Positions 35,660 to 50,556 of a DNA stretch of 64,000 bases are shown piece by piece. Every line of letters starts with the position of its first letter. Position 1 is the first letter of the stretch. The translations under genes and the position numbers were made by a program. Below the pieces are notes generated by a model. That model saw nothing but the letters and a program-made list of their open reading frames with translations, was not told where the DNA came from and searched no databases. Source of the stretch: Mobula hypostoma (Eukaryota); assembly GCF_963921235.1 (NCBI RefSeq), contig NC_086097.1, positions 7,068,001 to 7,132,000 on the forward strand, given 5' to 3'.

Positions 35660-37108
35660 AGCAACACATCATGGATTGTGGACTTCAGAAAGGATAAGAT
35701 GAGGGAACATACATCAGTCCTCATAGTGGGATCAGAAGTGGAAAGGGTGAGCCATTTCATATTCCTGGGGTGTCAATATCTCTGCGGATCTAACCTGGAC
35801 GCAACATATTTATGTAGAAACAAAGAAGGCACAACAGTGGCTATGTTTCATTAGGAGTTTGAGAAGATCTGGTATGTCTTCACAAACATTTGCAAAATTC
35901 AACAGATGCACAGTGGAGAGCATTCTAACTGGTTGCATCACTGTCTGGTATGAGATGGTGTGTGTCTGTGGGAGGGGGAGATTCTGCACAGGATCAATCA
36001 AAGCTTCTGAGTTGTAAACTTAGGCAGGTCCATCGTGAGCATTAGCCCCTGTAGTATGCAGGACATCTTCAAGGAGCGATGCCTCAAAAAGGTGGCATCC
36101 ATCATAAAGGATCCTCATTACCCTGGTCTTGCCTTGTTCTCATTCCTACCATCAGGGAGGAGGTACAGAAGCCTGAAGACAGACACTCAATGATTTAGGA
36201 ACAGCATCTTCTCCTCTGCCATCTGATTTCTGAATGGACATTGAACCCATGAACACTACTCAATATTTTTATTTCATTTTTGCATGACTTATTTAATTTA
36301 ATGTTATATATATTTACCGGAATTAAGCTTTTTTCCTCTATTATTATGTATTACAATGTACTGCTGCCACAAAGTTAACAATTGGAGGAGGGAGGAGAAG
36401 ATGGCAGCGTGATGCAGCTCGCAGTGGCCACTCTGGTGAATGATATCTGTTATCTGTCAAGTAGGATGCCGTGCACAATCCTGATTTGATGGAGACAGAT
36501 GTGAGAGCACTGAGGAACATCTGGTGAAACTTCTGAAATGCCTTCTTCGCTGCCACTGCTACTGTGTGATCCAGAATCTCTGGAGGAGAAGGCCCCAAAT
36601 CCTTGGCTTTGCTCATTGCTCGGCGGCCGGGGTGGGGTCAAAGCGCTCGGTAGAGGATGGTGCTCAGTGCTCGGTGTTGGAGGGCTGGTCGGAGGCTCGA
36701 AGTTTTCGGACGGACTCAGAGTCGGCTGTGGTCGGGTGCTTTCAATGCATCGGCAGTTGTCGGCGCCTGGAGGCTTACGGCAGGGAGAGTTTCTCCCTTT
36801 TGCCACCTGCTATCGAGACTATCGGGAGTCGATCGGAACTTTGAAATTTTTTTTACTGTGCCCATGGTCTGCTCTTTATCAAATTATGGTATTGCTTTGC
36901 ACTACTGTAATTATATGTTATAATTATGTGGTCTTGTCAGTGTTAGTCTTTGGTTTGTCCTTTTTTTTGTGATATCACTCTGGAGGAACATAGTATCATT
37001 TCTTAATGCATGCACTTCTAAATGACAATAAACGAGGACTGAGTGCCCTCATAATCTAATTTTTACGACATATGCCGATGGTGTTAAACCTGATTCTGAT
37101 TCTGATCA
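35660..37108 (+). mobile_element. Older Rex1-clade LINE 3' fragment with (ATTCTG)n tail, interrupted at 36384-37060
   Basis: Relic IMDCG/VDFRK...KAQQWLCFIRSLRRSG...RCTVESILTGCITVWY. The tail resumes after the insert. Confidence 0.7.
36384..37060 (+). mobile_element. Non-autonomous retroposon with an AAGATGGC head and a (CTAAT)n tail; a 3' copy sits at about 55239-55518 (minus)
   Basis: GC-rich head GGAGAAGATGGCAGCG. The tail TAAATGACAATAAA...CTCATAATCTAAT is shared with the insert in L1 ORF2. Confidence 0.65.
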
Positions 37109-37200
37109 TTCTGACATTTAAATACAAGGATCTGGTATATTACACCTATGAATTAAGTGTTGCAGTTCATCCAATTTTATGCTGCTAATTTGCAAGAGAT

Positions 37201-37558
37201 TGTGACCTTTTCAGGCCAGCTCCTATTGATAACTCCAAACCTGCACATGCAGTCACCTCCCAGTCTCCTCCCAGGTAATAGGATTCACCTGCCGCTCATT
37301 CCAGACACATCACCTGCAGCCTATTTGAACCACAGTTCTCATCTATAGTCCTTGTTCATGCATCAATCTGTCTCAAGCAGTTGCTCACAGCTTTCACTCT
37401 CCCTGCCTGAAGATGACCTCATTGACGTTATGATTATTTTCTCTTCTGTCTTGTCTTATGAATTGTTATTTTGCAGTCTATTATTGAAGTTATCGCTCAT
37501 GGCTAAATCATCTCCACTGCTCTTCTTTTGAGTCAAGCATCCTCCGAATTTAATGACA
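37201..37558 (+). mobile_element. LTR-like element
   Basis: TGTGAC...ATGACA ends, with CACCTG repeats and a TATTT box as in fish Gypsy LTRs. No clear TSD. Confidence 0.35.
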
Positions 37559-38595
37559 GACCCTTTAGTACCTATTTCTCCACTATCTCACTCAAATATG
37601 AGAAAACAGCTTTTGGTTCACTAGACCGAATTCAGTGAGTTGATCTTCTTCTGATTGTCATTACTACAATTGACTGATATCACTTAGAAGTGTTTTTGCC
37701 TCTGACTTTAAACATTTTGGGTTTGATTCCCACTCCAAAGATCAGTATATTCAAAGTCTTTGATAATATTTCTGTGCAGAACTGAGGGGATGAAGTTAGG
37801 GTTTATTGACAAGGATGTGGGGTAATTAGAGGTCAGGCCAGAGTCTAAGCCTCTGCACATGCCCAAAGGCCAGCACTGTGTGTACGGGACATCCGTAGTC
37901 TTCATACCGGCATGGACGAGGGCTGATGGCACCCCCAGGGCCAGTGGGTTTTCGGAGTTCCATGCAGGCAAGTGGAACAAGGTTTGATAGCCCTCAGGGT
38001 TGACAAATCGGTGAGGTTGGAGTTTGAGGCCTAGTGTTCAGGGTCCCATTATCGACGAGTCCAGAGCTCAAGGCCGAGAATGCAGTGATCAGGAGATCCT
38101 ACGATCGGTGCCAAGGATGGAGGCCCGAGGGTCAATCAGAAGTCCAGAAATTGAAGCCTGTTGCTGGAGCTCCAATCTGCAAATCTCAGCGGGTCCATTC
38201 AAGAAATCGAAGCCCGGTGTCTGTGAGCCAGTATCTGCTGGAGGCTGAAGATGGCCTGTCCCGTGGTTGATGGATTGTGTATGTGCATGGGTGGGTGCGA
38301 GGGAGAAATGAGGCTTGTTTTGCCTTTCTTGTTTTGTTGCTTGTTATGCTCTATGTTGTTGTGTACTGTATTGTTCTGCCGAGCAATGTGGGGTTGATTT
38401 GTTGGTGCCTGAATATGTGGCAACACTTACAGTCTGCCCCCAGCACACTCTCGGGTGTGTCAGTTGTAAACCAAATGACACATTTCACTGGGTGTTTCAA
38501 TGTACACTGATAAATAAATTTGATTCTTGAAATATTCAACCAAGGATTTAGTTGTTCACTCAAGAGAGTGTAAAAGATGCCATGATACTTCAGGT

Positions 38596-39118
38596 GCTGA
38601 GTATGTCCTACGAGTCTGTGGTGGCCAGTGCTATCATGTTTGCTGTTGTGTGCTGGGGCAGCAGGCTGAGGGTAGCAGACACCAACAGAATCAACAAACT
38701 CATTCGTAAGGCCAGTGATGTTGTGGGGATGGAACTGGACTCTCTGATGGTGGTGTTTGAAAAGAGGATGCTGTCCAAGTTGCATGCCATCTTGGACAAT
38801 GTCTCCCATCCACTACATAATGTACTGGTTGGGCACAGGAGTACATTCAGCCAGAGACTCATTCCACTGAGATGCAGCACAGAGCGTCATAGGAAGTCAT
38901 TCCTGCCTGTGGCCATCAAACTTTACAACTCCTCCCTTGGAGGGTCAGACACCCTGAGCCAATAGGCTGGTCCTGGACTTATTTCCTGGCATAATTTACA
39001 TATTACTATTTAACTATTTATGGTTTTATTACTATTTAATTATTTATGGTGCAGCTGTAACGAAAACCAATTTCCCCTGGGATCAATAAAGTATGAGTAT
39101 GACTATGACTATGACTAT
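38596..39118 (+). mobile_element. Young Rex1-clade LINE 3' end with (ATGACT)n tail
   Basis: ORF YESVVASAIMFAVVCWGS...GGSDTLSQ with a tail identical in type to the other young copies. Confidence 0.9.
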
Positions 39119-40465
39119 GTGAATGGTCCCTGGGGTCATGGCCAATACTGATTATCAGTATTAAATAATGGAATCACATATAAGTATTACAATAATTTCA
39201 CCGGATTGTGTTTGTGCAAGTCAAAGAAGCATGATCTAGGCTTACCCTCTGCTTCAGCATGACGACCTTTCCCTGCAGGTTGAGTACACATCCAACACTG
39301 TTTCAATCAGATGAAGCTTTTTCTGACTCCATTCATTAAGTTTCCAAGTTATGTGGTACAAACCTCTGCCACACTCACAAGGGATGAAATTCTGTTTCCT
39401 TTTCAAAGTTCAAAGTATATACAGTATATGTCACCAAATACAACTCAGAGATTCATTTTCCTTTGGGCATACTCAGCAAATCTATAGACCAGTAACCATA
39501 ACAGGACCAATGAAAGATCAATCAGGGTGCAAAGGACAACCATCAGTGCAAATGCAAACATAAATATATAGCCCTAAATAATAAGAACATGAGATAAAGA
39601 GTATTTAAAGTGAGATCATTGGTTGTAGGAACATTTCAATGATGGGGCAAGTGAGTGTAGTTACCCCTTTTATTTAAGAGCCTGATGGTAGCAATTGCTC
39701 TAGCCTGATGGTTGAGGAGTGGTAACTTCTATATCTTCTTTCATACATCTACCAATTACATTAAATCTATGGCTCCTTGCTTTTCACCCCACTGCTGAAT
39801 GAAACAGTACTCCTGCCAGGCACTTCATGATTTCGTATACTTCTGGTTTCTTCTCAGCTGACTCTGTTCCCAACAGGAAAAGATGCACATTATCCAGTCT
39901 TTCCCTCAGAGCAACAATTTTCCAATCCCACTGTCTTCTCATAAAAATCTACTGCTCCCTCATTAACTTTGTTTAACTTTGTTTAACATGGGAGGGCTGA
40001 TGCACGGGCAGCCAACACATGGTCCTTGACAGATTGGGGGTCAGGGTTTAGTAGCATGGAATGATGGGATGGCAAGAGCAGCCTTCCTCTGCTGTCTCAG
40101 CCATTGTGATGTGTCACCATCTTCTCCCAGCTCCACCATGGAGGTCTTGATTGAATCGCTCTGGAAACTCCCCCTTGACCGTATTGCCATTAGTGACCAG
40201 ATAGCTAAGCTCCAGACAGCATCACTCTTGGGATCTCAGGATTCCTCCACAACAAGGTGACAATTCTCAAAATTGTTATAAGATAAGGTAACATAAAACT
40301 GTTATTCATCTTCTTATATATTCTAAACTTGACTAATAAAAAAACATTCCATGACATCTTCTAAGCATCTTATCAATTTTTCCTGACATTAAGGATCTAT
40401 GGATTTACATACAAAGGTTCCTCTGTTCCTCTGCACCATTCAATATCCAACAATTTAATATATAT

Positions 40466-40585
40466 CCCTCCTGATGAAGGGTCTCAGCATGAAACATCTA
40501 CTGTTCACTCTTTTCCATAGATGCTGCCTGGCCTGCTGAGTTAGTCCAGCATTTTGTGTGCTCAGCATCTGTAGATTTTCTCTTG
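40466..40585 (+). mobile_element. Penelope-derived arm with the hammerhead core intact
   Basis: CTGATGA-AGGGTCTCAGCAT-GAAACATC-TACTG, then GATGCTGCCTGGCCTGCTGAGTT. Confidence 0.6.
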
Positions 40586-42384
40586 TTAATGTATATCCAC
40601 TTGCCTTGCTACACTTCTCTAAGTGCATCCAACTCTGGTTGAAGTTCCACTTGCTGCTTCTCTTTCTGTGAGAGGTTCCAGTGTGCAAATTAGCTGCTGT
40701 GTTTCCTTCTTTACAGCCTTATGGGCTTTTAGGAGCTCTGGGATAACCTGAGGTTCTACGAAGTACTGTATAAAAAAATACATTTCCTTCTTTTTAACTA
40801 ACATATTCATCTGAAGGTCCTCATGCAGTCATTCAGGAGGTCAGATTCAAAGATTCAAAGTACGTTTATTATCAAAGTATGTATACAGAATACAGCTCTG
40901 CGATTTCTCCTCCCACAGGCATCCATGACACAAAAAAACACCGTGGAACCCATTCAAGAAAACATCTAACACCTAACACACAAATAAAGAGTAAATTGCA
41001 CAAACGGCAAAAAGCAAGTGGGCAATGCATAGAATATTGAATATCAAACTAAGACTCCAGTAGTATTCAGTTTACTTCAGTTTAATATCACACTGCTTGC
41101 CTATTGCAGGCCATAGGCAAGCATTCTTCACTGAAGCAAACCAGACCACATCAATCACCTCCATCCAACCACTCAAGAACAGTAAAAAAAAGAGTAACCA
41201 GAATCCAGAAACACATGCAACATGAACTCCAAAGTCCCCCAAAATTGGTCCTCAGCCTTTTCATTCAATCTTTGTAATGTGGATCCTAAGACTCCCTTTC
41301 TCCGGCAGCAGCAAGTGAGTAGAATGAACTGTTCCAATGCAGGCAGACGGCACATTACATCCACCCATCCTCCAACCTTGTCCTCGTTGATGTCAACCTT
41401 GCTCAGTCCTCAATCAGGGAGAAGCAATTGAGTCAATCGTGAGCTCGTACCCTTGATGTCACAGTCAGAGAGAAGCAATGGAGTCGATCATGGGCTCGTG
41501 CTCTGCCTTCAGGTTTCCAGACCTCCAGGCCACACACTCAGCTCCAAACCTCATTGAACTCACTCAGAGACAGCAAAGTGCCTGACCACTCAATTGGCCC
41601 AGAAACACACCATCAAAATGTAAATCACAGGTTCCAGTCACACACAGCTGAACAGTAGAAGCATATTTGGAAGCAGAAGAAGTAAATGAAGTCGGTTTGT
41701 GAACTGTCTGAAGGATGTCGCCATTGGTCACATTGCTCGCTGGCACCCTCCCAAACAGATCCTTTATCATCAGATCCCTGAACAACCCATGAGCTCATAA
41801 TTTGACCTTATCCCTTTTTTGTTTACACAATACTTGTTTTGTAATTTTCAGTAATTTTATGTCTTGGCACTGTTCTGCAGCTGCAAAGCAGCAAATTCAT
41901 GTCATGTAAGACAACGATAAGAAAAAACCTTCTCTGATTTTCATGTTTGTCATATTATTTTAGATAAATGAAATGCTTTAACTTTGGATAATATATTGTC
42001 CTTGAATAAATTCACAGTGAAGGCTATAGCAGACCAAGAATATCTGTTGTAACCCCTACTTTAGGGAGGCATTACTTCTGGATTAATGCCTTGTTGCCTT
42101 TTCCCTAGATAATGCAGTTCATCAGCTTGGCAAGAGATGCATGGTCACTGTATCTCAATCTTAATGCTCCATATTATAACCTTTGCCTGCCCTTTCACTT
42201 TCTGTACTCTGCCTCAGGCCTGTGAGTTTATCGGTGCTTAACACTCACTCTTTGAATTTTTTTCTGTTTTTGCAGACCGACATTATATCATTACTGTTTT
42301 CCCAACACAACATGTTTAGTTGTGTCAAGCTGTTTCTCATTCCATCCAATGACTTGTACATCCTGAATCTCCCTTTTATAAGGG

Positions 42385-42955
42385 ATTGGTCAGACCGCTC
42401 TTGGAATATTGTGAGCAGTTTTGGATCCCCTACCTAAGAAAAGATGTGCCATCATTGGAGAGTGTCCAAAGGAGGGTCACAAGAATGATTCTGGGAATGA
42501 ATGGGTTAATATATGAGGAGTATTTGATGGCTCTGGGCCTCTGCTCACTGGAGTTTAGAAGAATGAGGGGGCATTATCTTTGAGAACTATCAAATATTGA
42601 AAGGCTTCAGTAGAGTGGATGTGGAGAGGATATTTCCTATAGTGGGAGAGTCTGGGACCAGAAGGCATAGCCTCAGAATGGAGGGACATCTATTTAGAAC
42701 AGAGATGTGGAAGAATTTCTTTAGCCAGAGGGTGGTGAACCTGTGGAATATATTGCCATGGATGACTGTGGAGGACAAGTAACTGGGTATATTCAAATTG
42801 GAGGTTAATATCTTTTGATTTGTCAGTATATCAAAGGATACAGGGAAAAGGATGGTGAATGAGATTGAGATGGGTAATTAATCAGCCATGATAGAATGGT
42901 TGAGCAGACCTGATGGGCTGAATGGCCTAATTCTGTCCCTATGTCTTATGGTCCT
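42385..42955 (+). mobile_element. CR1/HER1-type LINE 3' fragment (another at about 52198-52692)
   Basis: VRPLLEYCEQFW...NFFSQRVVNLWN. Confidence 0.85.
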
Positions 42956-43305
42956 CCATAAGATATGGTCTTTCATCTCTGCTTCTCCTGAGAATTTTTA
43001 GCCTGTAAATGCCATATCTGGAATCGTTGTACAGCTATCAGTTTTACTCTTTTCAACTTTATCAGTGTCAGTTGTGAACATTCCCAAAAGAGTAATACAA
43101 ATAAATTTACCATTATATACTTTTTAATTAGCCGCATCTGCAAAGCGTCCCAAATTATTTTACAGCCAGCGTTTTTTTGCTATGTAGCCACAGGGATATG
43201 GTGGATCAGGTGGAAAAGTGTTCTTTCTCTCTGCATATTGGGTGTGATGGTCTTTGTTCCATGGCTGTTATATGATGAATCTCAAGGTTGTATAATAGAT
43301 ATATA

Positions 43306-44854
<1,549 letters not shown>

Positions 44855-45184
44855 TACATATACTTTGATACTGAATGTAATTTGAACGTTGAACATTGAA
44901 CTTTGAAGTTGACTTGAAGCAATAATTAAGCATGTTGTTTCAAAATGTCTGATAATTAGAATCAGGTTTAGTACCTCTGACATATGTATATCATGAAATT
45001 TAATGTTTTGTAGCAGCAGCATATTGCAATACATAATGATAAAAAATATCAATTTCAGTAACAAATATATATAAAAAGAAAATCAAATTTGTATTTAATG
45101 TATTTCTTATATATACTGTATGCATACATAATACACACACATACACAGTGTATATAAATATATATATATAAATATATTCCTCCA

Positions 45185-46600
45185 TCCTGATCAAAAAAAT
45201 GCAACAGCACCTTTATTTACTGTGGAGCATCAAGAAAGCTCACCTCTGTCCCAGGACACTGACGGACTTTTACCGCTGTACCATTGAGAGCATACTCACC
45301 AACTGCATCTCAGTGTGGTATGGCAATTGTCCTGTATCAGACCGCAAAGCACTCCAGCGTGTGGTGAAAACTGCCCAGCGGATTATTGGCACCCAATTGC
45401 CCACCATTGAGAACATCTACCATAAACGCTGCCTGGACAGGGTGAAAAGCGTTATCCAGGATGCATCTCACCCAAACCATGGACTTTTTACTCTCCTCCC
45501 ATCTGGTAGGCGCTACAGGAGCCTCCGCTCCCGCACCAGCAGGCACAGGAAGAGCTTCTTCCCTAAGGCTGTGACCCTGCTGAACCTCACATCACAGCGC
45601 TAAGCAGTATTGCACCCATATTGTACTGTCTCAGTACTTTTATATGTGTGTGCTGTAGCACTTTATATTCGCAGTTATGGGCTGACAAGTGGCAGATGGA
45701 GTTCAATCCGGAGAAGTGTGAGGTGGTACACTTTGGAAGGACAAACTCCAAGGCAGAGTACAAAGTAAATGGCAGGATACTTGGCAGTGTGGAGGAGCAG
45801 AGGGATCTGGGGGTACATATCCACAGATCCCTGAAAGTTGCCTCACAGGTGGATAGGGTAGTTAAGAAAGCTTATGGGGTGTTAGCTTTCATAAGTCGAG
45901 GGATAGCGTTTAGGAGTTGAGATGTAATGATGCAGCTCTATAAAACTCTGGTTAGGCCACACTTGGAGTACTGTGTCCATTCCTGGTCGCCTCACTATAG
46001 GAAGGATGTGGAAGCATTGGAAAGGGTACAGAGGAGATTTACCAGGATGCTGCCTGGTTTAGAGAGTATGCATTATGATCAGAGATTAAGGGAGAAAGGG
46101 CTTTACTCTTTGGAGAGAAGGAGGATGAGAGGAGACATGACAGAGGTGTACAAGATAATAAGAGGAATAGATAGGGTGGATAGCCAGTGCCTCTTCCCCA
46201 GGGCACCACTGCTCAATATAAGGGGACATGGCTTTAAGGTAAGGGGTGGGAAGTTCAAGGGGGATATTAGAGGAAGGTTAATTACTCAGAGAGTGGTTGG
46301 TGCGTGGAATGCACTGCCTGAGTCATTGGTGGAGGCAGATAAACTAGTGAAGTTTAAGGGACTACTAGACAGGTATATGGAGGAATTTAAGGTGGGGGCT
46401 TATACGGGAGGCAGGGTTTGAGGGTCAGCACAACAATGTGGGCTGAAGGGCCTGTACTGTGCTGTACTATTCTATGCTTATGTTCTATGTATGTTATTTT
46501 GTAAATAAAACCATTCTTTGCATTTCTGGTTAGATGCTAACTGCATTTCATTGGCTTTGTATCTGTACTTGGCACAATGACAATAAAGTTGAATCTAATC
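45185..46600 (+). mobile_element. Rex1-clade LINE 3' fragment with a CR1 inserted in its 3'UTR
   Basis: ORF 45199-45603 FYRCTIESILTNCISVWYG. The 3'UTR resumes near 46491 and ends GACAATAAAGTTGAATCTAATC. Confidence 0.85.
45674..46490 (+). mobile_element. CR1-type LINE 3' fragment
   Basis: WADKWQMEFNPEKCEV...RDLGV...YKTLVRPHLEY...TQRVVGAWNALP. Confidence 0.9.
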
Positions 46601-47029
46601 GTATATATATATATACACACATCTAGATGTATGTATGTACCTATAACAATATATATATACAGTATTGTGCAAAAGTCTTAGGCACACATATGTATAGCTG
46701 GGGTACCTAACAGGTTTACATGGGACTGTATTTGTCAATGTGGAACAGAGGGCGAGTTTGTAAATCTGGTCGGAGCAAGTGGTGAGGTTATTGGAAATGA
46801 TGAGGGTGTTGCACTGAGGGTGGAACTGTTGGGAGAGAAGGATTGCTGGGGTGGGGGTGGGGGAGGGCGGAGAAAGGAGGCATGGGTGAAACAATGAAAC
46901 AATGAGAGGGCATGTTCAAAATGACAACTGAATTACAATCACTTTTAGTTCTTATGTGTTTACAATATTCTGTCAAAATGTACAGCAGCATTTTGCAAGT
47001 CCTGTGATCCTGCAACAACAATTGAGACA

Positions 47030-48815
47030 AAGATCATCTGCTTTTAATGTTGATGATTGGGGGAAGAACGTTGACGGGCTCATAATGAGAACTTCTCCGA
47101 ACATTTTTTTTCAGTAACAGTGAAAATGATTGGACTGGACAGGACTCTCACAAAAATGCAGGTACAGATATAGCAGCCATTGCTGGAGCGGACTTAGGGC
47201 TGAATGGAAGTTTGGGATGGATTAATGTGCTGAAGCCCCAGCCGGAGAGAGGAAAGCGAACTGATATTTAGTTGATTAAAGTGCCAAACCAGATCTAAAG
47301 GTCAGGGTGTTGAGGCTGAGAGTGATGACCCAGTGCTCAGTACTCTGTAAGGCTTCACCACTTGTTTCAGCGCTGAACGGACTCTAGTTGTGGCCTACAG
47401 CCATCAGGATTCTGGATCTGCTGCGGTGCTGAACTGCTTCGGTGGCTGTGGACCCACTGCTGGGAACTCTTGCTTTTTTATAGCTTGCATGATTTGTTCC
47501 TTTTCGCACATAGAGTGTATGACGATCTTTGTTGTGTGGATTTTAAAAAATATGTTCTTTGGTGCTCCTTTGTTTCGTGGTTGGTTGCAGAAGATGAATC
47601 TCACGATTGTACAGTATATCAAGTAAATCTTTTGGTAAGTTGAATTTTAACTGTTACTTCTATCTGAATTAGCAGAAAAAATAAAAATGTCATCTAAAAC
47701 ACAGCAACACAATGCCCGATCAGCACCCTCTCAGAAACATAATGCCCGCTCAACACCATCTCAGAAACACAATGCCCGCTCAACACCATCTCAGAAACAC
47801 AATGCCCACTCAGCACCCTCTCAGACACACAATGCCCGCTCAGCACCCTAAACACAATGCCCGATCAGCACCCTCTCAGAAACACAATGCCCGATCAGCA
47901 CCCTCTCAGAAACACAATGCCCACTCAGCACCCTCTCAGACACACAATGCCAACTCAACACCCTCTTGGAAACACAAAGCCTGATCAGCATCCTCCCAGA
48001 AACACAATGTCCACTCAACACCCTCTCAGAAATACAATGCCCACTCAACACCCTCTCAGAAACACAATGCCCACTCAGCACCCTCTCAGAAACACAATGC
48101 CCGATCAGCACCCTCTCAGAAGCATAATGCCCACTCAGCACCCTCTCAGAAACACAATGCCTGATCTGCACCCTCTCAGACACACAATGCCCATTCAGCA
48201 CCCTCTCAGAAACACAATGCCCACTCAGCACCCTCTCAGAAACACAATGCCTGATCAGCACCCTCTCAGAAACACAATGCCCATTCAGCACCCTCTCAGA
48301 AACACAATGCCCACTCAGCACCCTCTCAGAAACACAATGCCTGATCAGCACCCTCTCAGAAACACAATACCAAATTAACACCCTCTCAGAAACACAATGC
48401 CCGATCAGCACCCTCTCAGAAACACAATGCCCGCTCAGCACCCTCTCAGAAACATAATGCCCGATCAGCACCCTCTCAGAAACACAATGCCCGATCAGCA
48501 CCCTCTCAGAAACACAATGCCCGCTCAGCACCCTCTCAGAAACACAATGCCCGATCAGCACCCTCTCAGAAACACAATGCCAACTTAACAACCTCTCAGA
48601 AACACAATGCCCGATCAGCACCCTCTCAGAAACACAATGCCCGATCAGTACCCTCTCAGAAACACAATGCCCGCTCAGCACCCTCTCAGAAACACAATGC
48701 CCACTCAGCACCCTATCATAAAGGCAATGCCCGCTCAGAAAGATAGTCTGTGTTATGTCTCTTGCTGCTGGAGTGAGGTTCTGACTCAGGCAAGACTGCT
48801 ACTGGCTAAGCCAAG
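47030..48815 (-). mobile_element. Degenerate Deu-domain SINE (SacSINE1-like) hosting the minisatellite; another Deu-SINE head at about 37690-37790 (+)
   Basis: The flanks resemble the recalled reverse consensus: AGATCATCTG...TGATGATTGGGG (about 47030-47070), AATGTCATCTAAAACACAGCA (about 47686-47706) and TTATGT...CTGGAGTG...TTCTGACTCAGGCAAGA.TGCTAC (about 48750-48805). Confidence 0.5.
47706..48738. repeat. 30-bp minisatellite, about 34 copies, consensus AAACACAATGCCCGATCAGCACCCTCTCAG
   Basis: Directly visible head-to-tail 30-nt periodicity. Variant triplet GAT/ACT/GCT/ATT, and one short unit near 47845. Confidence 0.97.
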
Positions 48816-50556
48816 TGCCTATAGAAATGGATAAAATTCCAAATCAGTACTGTGCTCATCTCCCATGGCAAAATAAATAGATGACGTTTCAATTTAAAGT
48901 TTGCATATTGTTTTAGATAATTAAAGAACACTAGATACCAAAGTTCAGAGTAAATTTATTCTCAAAGTACATGTATGTCACCACATACAACCCTGACATT
49001 CATTTTCTTGTGGGCATACTCAGTAAATCCATAATAGAATAATAGCCATAATAGACTGCATCAACTTGGGTGTTCAGCCAATGTGCAAAAGACAACAAGC
49101 TGTGCAAATATAAAGAGAAATAAATAATAATAATAAATAGGAAAGCAATAAATTAAGAGAACCTGAGATGAACAGTCCTTGAAAGCGAGCCCATAGGTCG
49201 TGGGAACGTTTCAGTGATGGAGCGAGTTAAGTTGAATAAACTGATCCCCTCTGGTCCAAGAGCCTTATGTTTGAGAGTTAGTAATTATTCCTGAACCTGG
49301 TAGTGAGAGTGTTGAGTCTCCTGTACCTCCTTTCTGACGGCATCAGTGAGAAGAGAGCACGTCCTGGATGGTGACTGACCATGATGATGGAGGCTGTTTT
49401 CCTGCAACAACTCTTTGTACCAGACGTGCTCAAAGGTGGGGCGGACTTAACCCGTGATGGACTGGGCTGTATCCATTAACTTTTGCAGGGTTTTCTGGTC
49501 AAGGGGACCATAAGAGAAATGTGGTCCCCCAATTCAGCCAGCAGCAACATTATTTTCTCTGGCTTGTCTAAAAATGAAGTTTCCTGACATCTGGCCAATA
49601 AATTCAGTGTCACAAGCCTACTCATTCTGATTTACACACACCAGTGGACCACACACAGTACAGTAGGGATATGATACATTACAGGCTGTTCAAAAGGAGC
49701 AAGCGGAAGCAAAGAGAACTTTCTAACCTTACCGGTTACTTCTAAAAGAAGGATTATTCTGACAATGAATTGCTACACCATATGAGAACACTTTGAAATA
49801 ATAATCATATTATCTTAAACTGGATTACTATATTTACTGTACTACTTACTGAGAAACAGCACAGAATAGGCCCTTCCAACTCTTCGAAACACGGGGCCTA
49901 ACAACCCCTGATTAACCCTTAACAAATGAAAGGACAATTCGCAATGACCAATTAACCTACTGGTATGCCTTTAGACTTTGGGATGAAATCGGAATGCCAG
50001 AAGAAGAAACCATGCAATCCACAGGGAAGATGTATAGACTCCTTACAGAGAACAACAGAATTGAACTATTCACTAACTCACCCAATTGATATTGGGGAAA
50101 GAAATATTCTCTTTCTAAAAATATTTGTCTGTGTCTGTTCTACGAATCACTTGCTTACACAGGACTCGTTGGGTCAGTTCCCTTCCTGTGTGCTCAGCTG
50201 AGCTGAACAACGCTGGAACCCTGAAGCCTTCTAAAGGTCACTCCTTCCAATCGGGCAGGTCTGAGCTCAGAAAGGTGTGTTACCAACAGAGGTGGCTTTG
50301 AAATCATTTACACCTTCCTAAATGGTTGTGTCCTGAATTATTGATATGACAGTGATTTTTTTTTAAATAATTGCTCACTTCCTGTTGCAGAAAAGGCAAA
50401 CAGATTGAAGACCAATGAGCTTTATTTGTCAAATGTACACTAAAACATGGAAACATACAGTGAAATGCATCATTTGCATCAAATCAAATCAGCGAGGTCT
50501 GTGCAGGGCTGCCAGCAAGTGTTGTCACCCTTCTGGTGCCAACATACTATGCCCAC

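Noticed and set aside
47706..48738. CRISPR array or repeat-protein gene (ORFs of 287 and 173 aa)
   Set aside because: Units are head-to-tail with no unique spacers and no cas genes. The ORFs arise trivially from a stop-free 30-nt period.
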